DNA of 64,000 nt from Cyanophora paradoxa CCMP329 (lineage: Eukaryota > Plantae > Glaucophyta). The position numbers and the translations under genes were made by a program. Where the stretch lies: positions 62,001 to 126,000 of the forward strand of contig QPMI01000483.1 of NCBI GenBank assembly GCA_004431415.1, read 5' to 3'. Positions 32,001 to 44,450 of this stretch are shown in pieces. Within the stretch, counting starts at the first letter, position 1; each line of letters starts with the position of its first letter. The notes below the pieces were generated by a model. The model saw only the letters and a program-made list of their open reading frames with translations. It made no database searches and was not told where the DNA came from.

Positions 32001-35000
32001 GTGGCTCCACCTCGAGGATCTGCACGGGCACCTCGTGGCTCGCCTGCGGCGGCGCCGGCCCCTCGCGCTCTCCGACGCTCTCCCCGGCGACGCTCCCCGC
32101 AACCTGCGCCACCTGCGCCGCCTGCGCCACCTGCGCCTGCTGCGTCTGCGTCTGCTGCTGCTGGAGCGCCTCGGCGACGCGCTGGGCCGAGGAGAGGACG
32201 AGGGACGGGCGCCCGCCGGAGGCGACGAGGGAGGGGCGGCCCTGGGAGCCCCCGGCGAGGCTCACCGAGCCGCGGCCCGCGACGGCCACGTGGCTGAGGC
32301 TCACCAGCGGGCGCGCCGAGGAGCGCTGGCTGGCGGGGAGGCCCCCGCGGGCGCTGTTCTGCGGGGAGGCGTCGCGCGACGAGCGCTCCTCGTCGAGCGG
32401 GAAGAGGGCCGGGGCGGCGACGTGCGGCGCCTCGTCGCGGTCGGCCGGCCCCGACCAGTTGTTGACGGCCGGCGGGGGCGGCGCCAGCGAGTCGGTGTCC
32501 GAGGCGGAGGCGGAGGCGCGCCGCGAGGAGGCCGTCGAGCCGCGCCGGTTCCGCATCCGCGCCACCGCCTCCCGCGCCCGCGTCAGCGCCAGCGCGATCG
32601 TCGCCATCCCGCTCCCCCGGCCGCCCCCCGCCGGGCTCCCCGGCGCCCCCGCGCCCACCCGGGCGAGCCGCCGGCGGCGCGCTGGAGGGCGGCGCGGGCG
32701 ACGAGCGGGGGCGTGGCGTGGCCCCCGGCGGGAGTCCCCATGCTCGCCGCCTTGGGCGTGCTGCCACCGGAGATGCTCCCGCCGGGCTGCAGGTGGCCCG
32801 AGCGCTGCTGCTGGAGTGCCGCCCGCTCCGCCGCCCGCTCCGCCTCGTCCCCGCACAGGAACTTGAACTCGTGCGGCGGGTCGCTCATCGGCCGCGTCGC
32901 CAGCACCACCTGCGCGCACGGCTTCGGCCCGCCCGCCCCAAGGGCGCAGGCGAGCGGCGGGCCGCACCAGGACGTTCGTGCAGTTGCGCCGGATCTCGCT
33001 GCCGGCGCGCCCGCGGGTCAGCGGGGAGGCGGGCGCGGGCGGCGGGGCGGGCGGGGGCACCGGAGGACGGCCCAGGAGGAGGAGCAGAGGAAGTGGGCGT
33101 CTGCGGGGGCGGGGGTCGGGCGGGGCGGCGGGGGCGGGGGCGGGGCGGCAGGGCGGACCCTCGACGAGGACGGCCACGGGCGAGTGCGTGACGGCGCGGA
33201 TGAGGCTGCCACGGGGTCAGAGCCGTCCCCTCGGGCGGCGGCGGTGGCGGGCGGCGCCCACCGGACGAAGATGCGGGCGATGGCCTGCGCCCGCCCGAAG
33301 GCCGTCCGCACGTGGATGCTCGGCCCCGGCAGCTCCTCCCCGCCCCGCCCCTCCTCCGCTGCCGCACCCGTCAGCCGGCGCGCCGCGGCGGAGCGAGGGG
33401 GCGGGCGGGTCGCACTGAGGCCGTGCCCGAGCACGTAGCGCCAGAGGAGGCGCGCAGCCTGCCGGCCGCCGGCTCAGCCCGGGAGGACGGGGCGGGGGCG
33501 GGGGCGGGGCGGGGGCGCCTGCATGGGGCGGTCGACGTCGCGGCGGGTGAGGTCGGCGCGGAGGGCCGGCTCGGCGGCGAGGTCGAGCCCCGCGCAGACG
33601 AGGAGCGAGCGGAGGGCGGCGAAGGGGACGGCGGCGTGCAGCGGGCTCCCGCGCGCCACGAAGACGCGCCCCCGAGGCGCCCCACCTCCGCGCCGGCCGC
33701 CGAGAGGAGCGCCGACTTGCCGTGGCCGGCCGGGCCCCGCAGGATGACCGTTGAGCCGCGCCCCTGCAGCAGATCGACGCAGGCGGCGCGGATGGCGGCG
33801 AGCTCGACGGCCCGCCCCACGACCTCGACGTCCCCCTGCCGCCCCAGCACCAGCGAGGCCCGCCGGTTGCCCCCGGCCTCCGCCTCCCCCGCCGACCACT
33901 CCTCCGCCCCCGCCGCCGCCCCGCCCCGCCGCCGCCAAGCGAGACGGGCTCGTAGAGGCGCGGCAGGCGCCCGCGGGTCCCCGTCCCTACCGGCGCCGGG
34001 CGGAACGCGGCCACGTCGCGCGTGTACCCCTGCCGGCGGTCAGGGGGCCCCGGCAGGGCGGGGCGGCGGAGGGGCGGACCTTGAGGCGGAGCGGGGGCAG
34101 GCGGTGGAAGGCGACCTCGTAGCGGGCGGCGCCGGCGCGCACCGCCGCCGCCACCGCCTCGTCGCACAGCACCGACGTCACCCGCGCCGCCGCCGCCCCG
34201 CTCTCCTCCCCGCCCTTCTCCCCGCCTGCCCCGCCCCAGCACCTCCCGCTTCGCCGTCGCCATGAGCCTGCGGCGTGCGCTCGGGCGCGGTGGGGCGGGG
34301 CGGGCGGGGCGGGCGGGGCGCACCGGGCGGCGAGGTTGACGGCCTCGCCGATGGTCGCGTACTCCTGCCGGCACGACGCCCCCACGCGCCCGCAGAACGT
34401 CCGCCCCGCCGCGATCTGCCCGCCCTCAGCCCGCTGCCGCGCGAGGCGAGGCGAGGAGAGGCGGGCGCCGGGCGCCGGGCGCGGGGCGCACGCCGCAGGC
34501 AAAAGGCCGCTGCGTGGACTCGAACCAGCGCTCGAGGGCAAGAGCGAACAAAACGGCGCGCTCTGCGACGCAGCGCGGGGCGTCAGGGGGCGCCCGCTCG
34601 GGGCGGGGGCGGGGGGCGCGCCGGCGTCGTCCTCGTGGGTGAAGCCGCCGGGGAGGCCGAAGCAGACGAGGCACGTCGCGCCCTTGTCGTCCTGCAGGAA
34701 CTTGGAGACGCAGCCGCCGTACTCGCCCTCGGCCGCCGCGTGCACGCGCCGCACGACGGCGGCGCAGGCCTCGGCGTGGCGCGCGGCGGCGGCCGCCTCG
34801 TCGGGGCCCCCGCCGCGAGGTCGAGGCCCGGGAAGGCGAGGAAGACGGCCGTCACGTGCCGCAGGCTCGTGTTGTCCGCCGCCGCCCCGCCCGCCACCAC
34901 CGCGGGCAGGAAGGCCCCGGCGCCGCCTCCAGCCCCGCGAAGCGCGCCGCGGCCGCCCACGAGTGCGCCTCCCACGCCGGCGCACCGCACGCGCACCACC

Positions 35001-36060
35001 CGGCGTCTGCGGGCGGCGTGGGCGGGCGGGGGCGGGGCGGGGCGGGCGGGCGCACGGGAGGCGGCGGAGAGCGGGGCGGGGCGGGCGTTGGGCTCGAATG
35101 AGTCCATGAGGAAGAGCGGGGGCGCCCCCGGGGCGGCGCGGTCGAGGAGGCGGCGGGCGGCGACGCGGCCCTCGAGGCACGCCGCCGTCCCCGCCGAGAG
35201 CACGATCTCCGTCCCCTTCGACGCCGCCTGCGCGTCGATCGCTGCGCCCCGGCCCCCCCCGGCTCGGCCCCGGCGCGGCGCGGTGGCGCGGGCCGGGGCG
35301 GGGCGGACCGCCCTTGAGAGCAGAGCCTGCGTAGAGGAGCTCGTAGCGGGCGCCGGAGCTGGCGCGGACGGCGTAGACGTGCAGCTCGCCCGTGCCCAGC
35401 CCCGTGTGCGCGTTCAGCGCGTGCCCGTCCCGCTCGAAGACCACCCGCTGCACGCTCAGCGCCGCCGCCGCCCCGCGCGCCGCCGCCCCGTCGGCGCCCT
35501 CGCCGGGGAGGGTCGGCGAGAGGGCGACGATGGAGTCGCCGGCGAAGAAGAGGATGTCGAGGCCCCACTCGTGCAGGCACCGCACCAGCTTCGAGATGTA
35601 CTCGTTCAGCACCCGCGTCAACTGCCCCCGCCCCGCCCGTCAGCCCCGCGCAAGGAAGCGCCAGGCCGGCGCCGGCGCACCTCCTCGCAGGCGGCGCGCG
35701 GGTCGTTGTCTGCGCGGCGCGGGCTAAGGCGGGCAGCGGGCGCGGGGATGCGATTCGCGCGCACCGTCGACCATCGCATTGGCGAGTTGAGTGAATCCGC
35801 TAACATCCACGAACACAACCTGAGCCCCCGTCAGGCGCGCGGGAAGCAGATTAGGTCGGGCCGGGCCGGGCGAGGCTCCGGCGCACGCTTCCAGCCAGTT
35901 GAGCCACGGCTGGGCTCCGTGCCGTGAGGCTCCCTGTAGAGGGTAGCAGCGGTGCCGGCGGGGACATGCTGCCGATGCCCGTGGCCGGCGAGGCCGGGCA
36001 GTCGGGCAGCAGCGCAGTTAAGCATCGCGGAAGATAGGTGTCGGAATCGCCGGCTGCCAT
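29075..36060 (-). CDS. Soluble adenylate cyclase type 10-like protein (two class III cyclase domains, STAND-type AAA ATPase, helical C-terminus); multi-exon
   Basis: VVFVDVSGFTQL (~35800), DILFFAGDSIVAL, KFLQDDKGATCLVCFGLP, EYATIGEAVNLAAR, VVGRAVEL...GPAGHGKS, SRGIALFLVEL, VPSSIEGVVLSRVDTL, FVHALVRDAVYE. Confidence 0.9.
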
Positions 36061-37248
36061 TGCCGGCAGAGCCAAGCTCCCCGTGTGGTGAACTCCGGTT
36101 CACGCAATGGCTGGCTAACTGCTCATCCCGCGCCGCGGCGCTCCCCCGATCTCCCGCAGACTGTTGCTTCAATCAAATGACCGCCCCGGCTGTTCGGGCC
36201 GCTGAGCCGATCGAGCAGCTGGAACTAAAACGGCCGAGGCTTGCGATGCAGAATCGGCGTTAGCCGTGGCCAAGCGCTAGCACCCAGCAGCGGGCGCGCC
36301 TGCTGCTCTTTGCTTGAATTCAAGTGTGGTGGAGTCGTCCCACGCTGTTCCGAGCCGGAGCCCGCACGCCGCGCTAGATTCTCGTGTACCGCCCGCGGCC
36401 TTCGCGGCGCCGCGCTGTCTGCGGCTGGCCGGCGCAGGGCCCCTGAGCTGCGCGGAGGCGGCCTATTAGGCCTATAGCTAGGGCCTAGGCCTACTGGGCT
36501 AGGCCTCGGTCTCCCACGCGCCGCGAGGATGCGCCTCACCGGCGCCGGCCCTCACGATCACTTCGCAGGAATCGCGCGCGCGTGCCGTGCAGCTCGGAGA
36601 GAACCCTAGCACGTCGACCAATCAGAAAAGCCTACGCGATCGGGGGTACTACGTATCCGATGATGATCGCACGTTACGTATACGTACGTATACGCGTACG
36701 CATACGAACGTATACGTCCTACGTGTATATACGTAGCCGTACTACGGTAGGCTGTAGCCACGACGATTATACGTACGGCGCTGCAGCCTCTGCAGATCGA
36801 TATCGCGTCGGTAGCATTAATATTCGGTACGGTACTAGAGTACCGCGCCTCGAAATTCGGACACAAACCGCTGAACATCCGCTAAAAATAAAAAGATGCT
36901 TGCACACTCGCACAATGAGCAAGTACTGGTAGCTACGTGAAACTATACAGGTCTCGAGCTTCAAAAACTACACCTTCGTTTGATGAAAGAGGTGCTCATG
37001 ATAAAAAACCTGGCAACAAGGACAATTACGTCCTACCCGAACACCTAAGTCGTTAAGCTTGAAACGTGCCGCTTTATGATGGATATACTTATGTGAAAGC
37101 CACCAAAAGTTCCGGTGCAAAAAAGGAAAGGTAGAAACATAAATAGAAGAATCGACCGCGAGTGGTATGTATACTATTTTCAAACCTAGCTTGCTAACAG
37201 ATCACATGTCATAGAACTCTGCTGAACAGTTGACTGCACTGGAGAATC

Positions 37249-39435
37249 TCAATCGCGATCTTGGAAAACTGCAGCCGGGATGCGGCAAACGCAACTGCGG
37301 GAGAGCGATATGACAAAGTTTGAGGGGGTAGAGTCGACAGGCTCAGAAGAGGCCGATTGGTGTGCGGTATGGCGGGCCGCGCGACGAGGGAGCGACTTGG
37401 GCAGGGCCGGCCAAAGCACCCCCGGAGTACGGGGACTGGCCAGGATGCGAGGGGAAAGCGGCGACGGGGAGGCCGCGGCCGCCGGTGGCGGGGCGCGGGG
37501 CAGCCGAGAAGCCGCCGAGGACGAGCTGCGCGAGAAGCCGCTGCTGGAGGGCGACCTCGGCCTCCGCCGCCGACTGCGCCGCCAGCCGCCGGTCCGCCAG
37601 CAGCGCCGCAAACTGCCGCCGGCGTCGGGCCTCGAGCGGCGCGGGGCGGGGCGGGGCGGGGACGGAGGCGGGGGCGCACCTCCTCCTCCGAGACGGTGCG
37701 GACCTCGGGGCGGCTGTAGCCCTTGCCCGACGGGGAGCCGACGACGATGCACGCCGCGCCGATGCCGCGCGACGCCGCGAGGACGGCGTCGAAGAGGCGC
37801 TCCTGGGCCGGCAGGGCGAGGGTCGGCGAGACGAGCGCGAAGAGGGCGCGGCCGGGGTGCGAGGCTGCCAAGGCGCGGAGGTCGAGCGGGAGGCGGCCGT
37901 CGGAGAGGCGCGCCGGCGGCTCCTCGGGCTCCTGGCGGAGGGCCTCCCCGATTCGGGCAAGGGCGCCGGGTTCGCAGCCCGGAACGGACTGGGCGCGGTA
38001 GCCCTCGCCGCTGGCGATGAGGACGCCGCCGAGGCGGGCGCCGTCGAGGAGGGGACGCAGGCGCCAGGAGCGGGCGAGGGTGTCGAGGGCCGATGTGTTG
38101 CCGACAAGGTACAGAGTTATAAGCGCTGCGCCGGCCTCGGGCTCGGGCGGCGGCGCCTCCGGCACCCCGAGGGCGCACTGCAGGCCGCGCGAGACGCGCA
38201 CGAGGAGCTCGAGGGCGGCGTGCACGGGCTGCACCGCGGGAGCCCCCGCGGCGACGGCGAGCGCGGCCTGCTCGACAGCGCGCAGCGAGGCGGAGGCGGC
38301 CGCCGGCTCGGGGGCCTCCCCGGCGGCGAGGACGGCGCGCAGCGTGCCAAGGGCCTCGGCGAGGAGGCGGAGGGCGCAGTGCCAGTCTTCCTGCTGGCCG
38401 AGCGGCACCAGGCCCGTCGCGATGGAGCGCACCGCCTGCACCGCGATCCCACCGGCCGCCTGCGCGCGAGCCTCGGCTGGGGCGGAGGGGCGCGCGGGGG
38501 GCCGGCGGCGGGGGCACCTCGAGGGTGCGCAGGGCGCGCAGCAGCGCGGCCTCGGAGCTGACGGAGAGCTGGAGGACGCCGCGCAGCTCGCTCGAGGCCA
38601 GGCTGAGCGCGCGCTGCGGCTCGCTGCCTGTGCCCCGCGGCGCCGCCTTCAACGACGAGTTCGCGCCCGCCGTCGTGTGCCAGAAGATGCAGTTCTTCCC
38701 GAACACGCAGAAGCCCTCCTGCTCGCACCGGATGGTCTGCATTAAAAAGCGGCCCTTTAAATAGACGAGATATAAAATCGGGGGCACCTTGTAGAATCGG
38801 GTGCAGCCACGGAGCTTCTCTTTGTAGAACGCGGCGGCTGGGCGCTGCTCCTCCTCCGAATGGGCGAAGAAACACTCTGGATGTTTTTTTAAAAAAATCA
38901 GAATGCGATTCTGATTCCTCAAATGCTTACAAAGCGAACCTTCCGAGCGATGCTTACATGACCCGTCCTGCAGGGGAGTCAGGAAGCGCGGGCGCGTTTA
39001 AGGGACGGCTTGGGAAGGCCCATTGATACGCACCAGGAAATGGTGCCGACACAGAACCGTCTTGCATGCGTTTCCTTTACGGCAAAACGAGCCGTGCGGG
39101 CACGGAGGCGCGTCGCTGACGGCGGTGAGAGTTTTGGTAGGAAGATCGTCAACTGCAACAAACGCGCCCTCCCGTCCGCGGCGTGCAGGTGGAGCGCCCG
39201 GCATCTCCTCCCGCCCGCCCGACGAGGAGGTCTCCTCACGCTCTGCCTGACTGTTCACATCGCCTGAGAGCTTGGTGGGGGACTTGCGCTCCGCACGCGC
39301 CGACAGCGCTGACTCAGCTGCATCGGTTTGTTTCTTCATGCTTGTGTCGATGTCATTCCGCAGAGCTATCTGGGTTGGCAGGCCCATGTGGCACTCTCGA
39401 TGAAACGCTCGGCTCCGAGCCGTCCCGGAGGCCAC
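37249..39435 (-). CDS. CCCH zinc-finger protein, multi-exon (boundaries approximate)
   Basis: CKTVLCRHH, ECFFAHSEEEQR...YKEKLRGCTRF, CEQEGFCVFGKNCIFWH. Confidence 0.7.
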
Positions 39436-40479
39436 AGAGCAATGAAAGGTCCGCGGATCTCCCGAGCGAAGCGGTTATGCGACGATCCAGCGTCGGACCG
39501 GAAATGGTCGAGGTATAATGTCTACTGTGCCGTAGCAGCCGACCAGAGGCGTGAGCCTACGTGAGGTTCTGGATGAGGCGCGCGCAGAATGCGACGGACC
39601 GGCCTGGGGATTGACGCGCAGGGAATGCGACGGACCGGCCAAGCCGACCAATGCTTCTCCTTAATCTGCCCAGTTCATGGGGGGTACATGGTAGGAGACT
39701 GGGGCCATCAGTGATGGGGCCCGCGAGTTTCAATCGACCCCGAGATTTCAGACGTCACGTACGCGGAAGTTGTCGGCGAACTTGTCGCTCCGGCGGCTCT
39801 TAGGGGCAGGTCCGATCAAGCCGCCGAGTCTTAGAGTCTTAAGAAGACTCTTAGCCGACAACTTGCGACAAGCTTACCCGTGCTTGCGAGGTAAGTTGCG
39901 ACCCCCAAACTCGTGGAAGGGCGCGCGCGCGCCGCGCGCATTGATCTTGTGAATCATTTTGAATGGCGCTGCATTAAATATTGGCGCATCTACATTCGGA
40001 ATACCGGACCCTACAGACCCGGCGGACCGTGTCCGTGTGGCCGTACCCCTCCGGGAAGCCTTGAAGGGCTCCGCCGCGGGCCGCCGGCCCGGCCGACTGC
40101 GCAAGGCGACAACGCTAGCGCTAGACCCGCAGGGCATGCATATCATAGTATGCCTGCAGCGTCGCAAGCCTTGAAGCCTTACAGACGTGTCCCCGCGCCG
40201 AGAGTCGCGTCCGGTCCTCGAACGCCTTCGCCGAGTCGAAATTAAACCGTTGAACTAGGTCTTCGACTCGCCGAGTCGCCCCCGCCCCGGCCCCTGCTCG
40301 TCTCACTGAGTCAGGAAATGCAAGGTGGGGTCTAAATGAACAAAGCTTAAGTCAGCATCTAGATCTGCAGGGCCGCGACAGCAGCTTTAGACAGCATCTA
40401 AGTTCCCATTGGGCCGCGGGCCAGCCACAGATCTAGATCGAAAATGGTTCCAGAAATTAAAATATATAAGCCTTGCGCG

Positions 40480-41230
40480 CCGCGCCACCGCCCGCAGCGC
40501 CTCCGCCCGCCCGTCGAGCCGCGCCGCCGCCCGCCGCACCTCCGCCCGCCCGTCGAGCCGCGCCGCCGCCCGCCGCTCGTCTGCCCCGCCCGTCGAGCCG
40601 CGCCGCCGCCGCCGCTCCTCCGCCCCGCCCGTCGAGCCACGCCGCCGCCCGCCGCTCGTCTGCCCCGCCCGTCGAGCCGCGCCGCCGCCTGCCGCGCCTC
40701 CGCCCCGCCCGTCGAGCAACGCCGCGCCCGCCGCTCGTCTGCCCCGCCCGTCGAGCCGCGCCGCCGCCCGCCGCGCCTCCGCCCGCCCGTCGAGCCGCGC
40801 CGCCGCCCGCCGCGCCTCCGCCCCGCCCGTCGAGCCGCGCCGCCGCCCGCCGCGCCTCCGCCCCGCCCGTCGAGCCGCGCCGCCGCCCGCCGCGCCACCG
40901 CCCGCCGCGCCTCCGCCCCGCCCGTCGAGCCGCGCCGCCGCCCGCCGCGCCTCCACCCGCCTGCCGAGCCGCGCCGCCGCGCGCCGCGCCTCCGCCCCGC
41001 CCGTCGAGTCGCGCCGCCGCCCGCCGCGCCTCTGCCCCGCCGGCGAGCCGCGCCGCCGCCCGCCGCTCGTCCGCCCCGCCCTTCGAGCCGCGCCGCCGCC
41101 CGCCGCTCCTCCGCCCCGCCCGTCGAGCCGCGCCGCCGCCCGCCGCGCCTCCGCTTGGCCCGGGGAGCCGCGCAGCCGCCCGCCGCGCCTCCGCTTGGCC
41201 GGGGGAGCCGAGCAGCCGCCCTCCTCTCGT
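40480..41230. repeat. ~39-40-bp GC-rich minisatellite (roughly 18 copies)
   Basis: CCGCCCGTCGAGCCGCGCCGCCGCCCGCCGCGCCTCCGC repeated. Confidence 0.95.
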
Positions 41231-42147
41231 CCGCTTTGCCCGGCGAGCCGCCTGCGGCCCACCGCGCTCTGCCCCGCCTGGCGAGCCGCGCAGCTGCCCG
41301 CTGCGCGCCCCCGCCCACCGTGGCACGCCATATGCACGCGCACCGTTTGCGGTTGTTGTCGACTGCATGCATATGGCGCTGCGGCGCGCTGCGCGCCCCC
41401 GCCCCATCAATTGCAAGCAAGCCGGACGAGCCGCGGCAGCCGGGCAGGTTGGCTCGTGGCTGCCCTAGCCGTGGCTGGATAGTAGCCAGTCACTGAGTCA
41501 CCGCTGGATAGTAGTTGCTTCGATGTACAGTACTAGTAGCTATAGGTCGGGGCCTCGGGCCGCGCGCCGCGTCCGAACAGGAGCTAGGAGCTGCGCCGCG
41601 TTGCACGGACGACGGAGCAGGTTCAGGCCGATGCGGCGGATTTATATCATTATTATATTAGAGCATCCGCGTCCGGCCCGCTCCGGCCGCGCGCATGCAG
41701 CGCTAGCGCGGGCCGGCTGTGCACGTGCGGCCAGCCGCTGAGCTGGGGCTGGCCTGCAGCTGGGTACCTTCAAAAGACTTCCGACGTTGAGAAAAAGACC
41801 GACTTGCGAACTAGCCGGCTTGGACAGCGTGACAGACAATCCGACGGGTAGCAATTGCAAGGGGGGTTTGAGCAGCTGACCCCCCCTTGCAATATTAATT
41901 TGCCGCCAGTGCCAAGTTGGCTGGCCATGGCCCATGGCCATATGCATGCCATGATGGCCCGCCCCCGGGACCAAGCCTTGCAATTGAAGGCCTAGCTAGC
42001 GCTATATATAGGCCTCGCGATCGACGTCGACGGCCGCCGGGCCCTCGAGCTTGCATGCATCTATATATAGCTATAGCTATAACTAGCACTGCCAGGCTGC
42101 GGCAGATTCAATGATTCGAATTCTAGCTCATGATCACTGGCATTAAT

Positions 42148-43684
42148 TGCAAGGGGGGGTACCCCCTCCCTTGCTCCCCTGGTGAATTGGTGCGGCGTAC
42201 TTTCTGTGTTAGCAATTTTTGTAAGATGAGATTCTTTGCATGCGCTCTCGTGTAGGTGTGATCGCATCGTAGCCGCTGCGAGCGGCGGAAAAAAATGCAG
42301 AGGCGGGGCTGCGCAAACATGTCGAGGTCGCGCCTCACCTGCTATCGCTATATGCACCAGACCACGTGCTCCTGAATGCTCTCAATGCGACCTACAAACT
42401 CTGTCATACATGCCCGGGCTCGAGAAGTGGCGCGTGGCGCGCTAGGCCGCCTCAAGTACCTGTTGTACCGGGCGCCGGAAAAAAGTGCTCCTGCGAGTTT
42501 CGGCTTTTGCTGGGTACAGAAGCAACGACCTGCGTAGTGTGTAGTGTGTAGAGCCGTGCAACGACCTGCGCGGCTGCCATCCGGGCGTGCAACGACCTGC
42601 GCGGCTGCGGGAAGCGCTTCGCTCGGCCGGAAGAAGGCACCCGCGACGCCGCTTTCCGGTGCGCGTCGCTTGGCCGAGTGATGATCATGACTGCCCCGCG
42701 CCCGCCGCCCGGCTGCAATCAAACTCGGCTCGGCTGCAATCGCTTCAATCAGCTGCAATCGCTCGCATGCCGCCGGCAATCCCGAGCAGAGCGCGCACAG
42801 AAGCCATGTCGAACAGCTCCTCTTGCGCATCTTCTTTTCAGCCTCGCGCGCCCACTTCTCCGGCTGCGGCCTCGAGCTCGGGCCACGCCGTACGCGTTGG
42901 CCCCGTAGCAGAGGGTGGCGGCGTCGCATGCGCAGTATTCGCAGCTGGCCCCGCCCCCGCCCCGCGGCTGTCCGCGCGCGGCTGTCCGCCGCGCCGCCCC
43001 CGCACGGCCGCTGTCTGGCGCGAGCTGACGCCTCGGCTATTAAGCTTCGCAGGCTATGCGCAGGGCCCGGCGCCACCTGCCGCTCTGCCCGCTTCCTCGC
43101 CCTCCGCCCCGCCCGCTGCCTCAGCTTCGTCGACTCTAGGTTCGCCCCGCCGCTGCTGCTGCGCACCTTACCCAGCCGTCCCCGCTGGGCCTCGCCTCCG
43201 CGCCGCGGCTCTCCGGGGCGAGCTGACGCCTCGGCTCTGCGCAGGCTATGCGCAGGGCCCGGCGCCACCTGCCGCTCCGCCCGCTTCCTCGCCCGCCGCC
43301 CCCCCGCTGCCTCAGCTTCGTCGACTCCAGGTTCGCCCCGCCGCTGCTGCTGCTGCGCACCTGGCCCGGCCGCTGCCGCTGGGCCCCACCCCCGCACGGC
43401 CACTGTCAGGGGCGAGCTGACGCCTCGGCTCTGCGTATGTGCAGGCTATGCGCAGGGTCAGGTCCCACCTGTCTTTCCTCCCGCTTTCCTGCCCGCCGTC
43501 GCCCTCGCCTGCCCGCCAGCCTGCTGCGCCGCCCACCTCGCCACCCCATCCGTCCGCTCCGCCACTGGGCCACCCCACCCGCCCGCCTCGCCACCCCGCC
43601 CGCCTCTCCCGCCCGCCCGCCTTGCCTCTCTGCCCCCCCCCCCCCCTCGGTACCCTGCAATGTGTAGAAGTACCCCCCCTTGCA
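42148..43684. mobile_element. Putative non-autonomous TIR element with internal ~196-bp repeats
   Basis: TGCAAGGGGGGGTAC (42148) and GTACCCCCCCTTGCA (43670) form a perfect 15-bp inverted pair. GCGAGCTGACGCCTCGGCT occurs at 43020, 43218 and 43412. No TSD found. Confidence 0.45.
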
Positions 43685-44450
43685 CCTCCGCGCGCGGCCC
43701 GCACTTGCTGCACTTGCACTGGGCCGGGCGCGGTCTGCTAGTATTCACTGCTCCTGGACGCCGGCCGGCCAGCCTCAGGGCCTGGCGCGGCGGGCCTGCA
43801 TGCGCAGCTGGCCCCTAGCTGGCCTTGCCAGTGACGCCGTGACGGTGCTGTCATCATGATCATGATGCCATGATCATTGGGTGCACACATCATGACTCAG
43901 TGATGACGCCATCAAGATGGGATCATGATGACCTCGGATACTATGATAACTTAGTAATCATGAATATTAATGATGATCGTCATCATGCCATGATGATGTG
44001 AGGGGGGGTGTTTTCGAATTCTGGTTCACACTGTGACAAATCGCGTGTTTCTAGATCTGCAGCCATCATATTGATCAGCGGATCTTCTGCTCAAAATTGG
44101 TATTTACAGCGCTTTGTACAACAAGCTAAAGAAACGCGAACTACCACGCGCTGGTAGGCGACAAAATCGCGCTCGCGGCGCTGAACGCCTGGGCGCCACA
44201 GGAAAACCAAGGCCCTAAGGGGACAAAATTGCAGCCAGGGGGCTGGCGAAGAAATTAAACCGATTCTATACCCGAGACAAAGCAGAACCGAAGTACCTAT
44301 TTACTAAGCTAATTGTAAGAAATTGAGAAGAATACGTATACCCTGCCCGAGAGCATGAAAATATAGAGGGGCCCCCGAATGGAGTCTAACGCATGATATG
44401 AAAAGGTGCGCGGGGGCGCGCCTCGCGAGAAAGGGCCCAAAGGGAAAGCG

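Noticed and set aside
30229-33438. 1069-aa plus-strand ORF and similar long R/G/A/P-rich ORFs
   Set aside because: Antisense shadows of GC-rich genes where stop codons are rare.
36640-36790. TACGTA-rich stretch as a distinct element
   Set aside because: Low-complexity palindromic microsatellite without definable ends, like the ATCATG and TGCATA tracts elsewhere.
40387-41496. Six overlapping 320-360 aa ORFs
   Set aside because: Produced by a stop-free GC minisatellite.
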